From Paraspadella gotoi (Eukaryota > Animalia > Chaetognatha): a DNA stretch of 64,000 nt. The position numbers and the translations under genes are program-made. The DNA lies in the NCBI GenBank assembly GCA_051294375.1, contig CM119266.1:5969431-6033430 (forward strand), given 5' to 3'. Within the stretch, counting starts at the first letter, position 1. Each line of letters opens with the position of its first letter. Below are positions 62,745 through 64,000 of this stretch, in pieces. Below the pieces are notes generated by a model, which saw only the letters and a list, made by a program, of their open reading frames with translations, ran no database searches and was not told the DNA's origin.

Positions 62745-62946
62745 GTTTTTTAAAAGCGCCGCATTTCTGTTCCTAATCCCTGAATTTAATAAAACCAATC
62801 CTTTACCTTTATCCTAAAATAAACCTTCATCTCTAACCCCTATCTCTAACTTAACCCCTATCCCTTATCCGTAACCTAACCTTTGAACTTCAAAAAAAAT
62901 TATTGATTTCAAAATCGATCAGAAATAGGGCGCTTTTATAAAATAT
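62745..62946. mobile_element. MITE-like element with TIRs and degenerate (CCTAAC)-like interior, copy B
   Basis: TAAAAGCGCCGCATTTCTG ... CAGAAATAGGGCGCTTTTA, a 19-bp TIR with 2 mismatches. Confidence 0.55.
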
Positions 62947-63539
62947 GGCCGAAATCCTATCCTATATATCTCTCGGTCCGAGAGAAAAGATAATTTCCTA
63001 ATTTCGGTAAACGTTAAAAATTAAAAAAAATTCATTTTTCTTTTGGTGAAAAAAAAAAATTTCTACGAAAAATGAGAAAATGCAAAATCTGAGAAAGAAA
63101 ATTGATCTCAGGTTAAACGGAAGAGGAATTTGATTGTCGGGGGTGACTGGGGGGAGTGGGGGGAGAGGGGGGTAGAGGAGAAGTGGGGGGCTTGAGGGGG
63201 GTAGTGGGGAGAGAAGAGGTTTGGGTTGGGAGTGGAAATCGGGTTATAGGATAGGATTGTGGTAAACCTGTTGTGTTTCAATGAAAATAAAGGTACGTTT
63301 TGAAATAAGCGAACATTGAACAATGAGTTAAGTTAGAGAAGATAACAGTGATATTTTTTTAAAACTAAGGTAATAAAGGGTAAGTTTCGTCACTTTATAA
63401 ACTATGGTATTTTTTGGTTAGATGTATTATCTCAAAATATTATCTTTTTCTCTCCGATATGGTATTTGTACTTTTGATCTTTGGGATTCGAAGACCAGCG
63501 ACAATCGACGTCGTAAAAGGTAATTAGATATGACGTGTG

Positions 63540-63603
<64 letters not shown>

Positions 63604-64000
63604 TTTGATTCCTGTCGAGCGGTCGAGTTCAGTGGTCGGGGTCATATTTGAGGTCATCAGTCATCGTTTTGAGCTGAAATTGTGGTCATTAATTTTCCTT
63701 ATCACTCGTTGACGTTGGACATTTGTGGCCACCAGAGGTCATTACTTTTCTTGAAGGTTTTATGAATGTAATAAGAAAAGATAAGAATTGTGAAGAAACA
63801 ATATCTTTTTGAAATTAAGTGGGAATTTCGACTTGAGTCAAAATATGAATCTCTCGCTGAATCATGAGTGAATTATGAGTTTTAAATTTCACTAAAAAGC
63901 CACAAAAATCTCATAAACTGGGTTTTTTGAGATTTGGGTCTTGTGTTGTTGTTGTACTTACTACAACCCGACGAGAGAAACGTTTATTATTTTCTTTTAG

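Overview
This is a draft-assembly window from a eukaryote, probably an invertebrate animal. It has GC/CpG-rich exons, AT-rich GT-AG introns, many microsatellites and many N-gaps. I reconstructed these gene models by hand, with splice phases consistent unless noted: (1) the 3' four exons of a divergent class A GPCR (+, 1-3108); (2) a secreted CUB-domain/mucin-like protein with an Arg-rich tail (-, 4390-19588); (3) a CCDC102-like coiled-coil gene (-, about 36200-59208) broken by assembly inversions; (4) an intronless SLC35G/EamA-type transporter (+, 56335-57318) nested antisense in an intron of gene 3; and (5) a tentative small orphan gene near 35-36 kb. The most notable discovery is four P5-type twister ribozyme motifs in two unrelated short repeat families. 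Three lie antisense in the GPCR introns and one follows a tRNA-like SINE head at 61.4 kb; their T1 pseudoknots co-vary. A second recurring pattern is intronic tandem repeats whose unit contains the adjacent splice site. The large inverted duplications (28-45 kb, 45-48.6 kb) and the direct duplication (50-57 kb) look like long-read gap-filling or haplotype artefacts. The direct duplication exposes two polymorphic insertions. All calls come from reading the sequence only; no searches were run.
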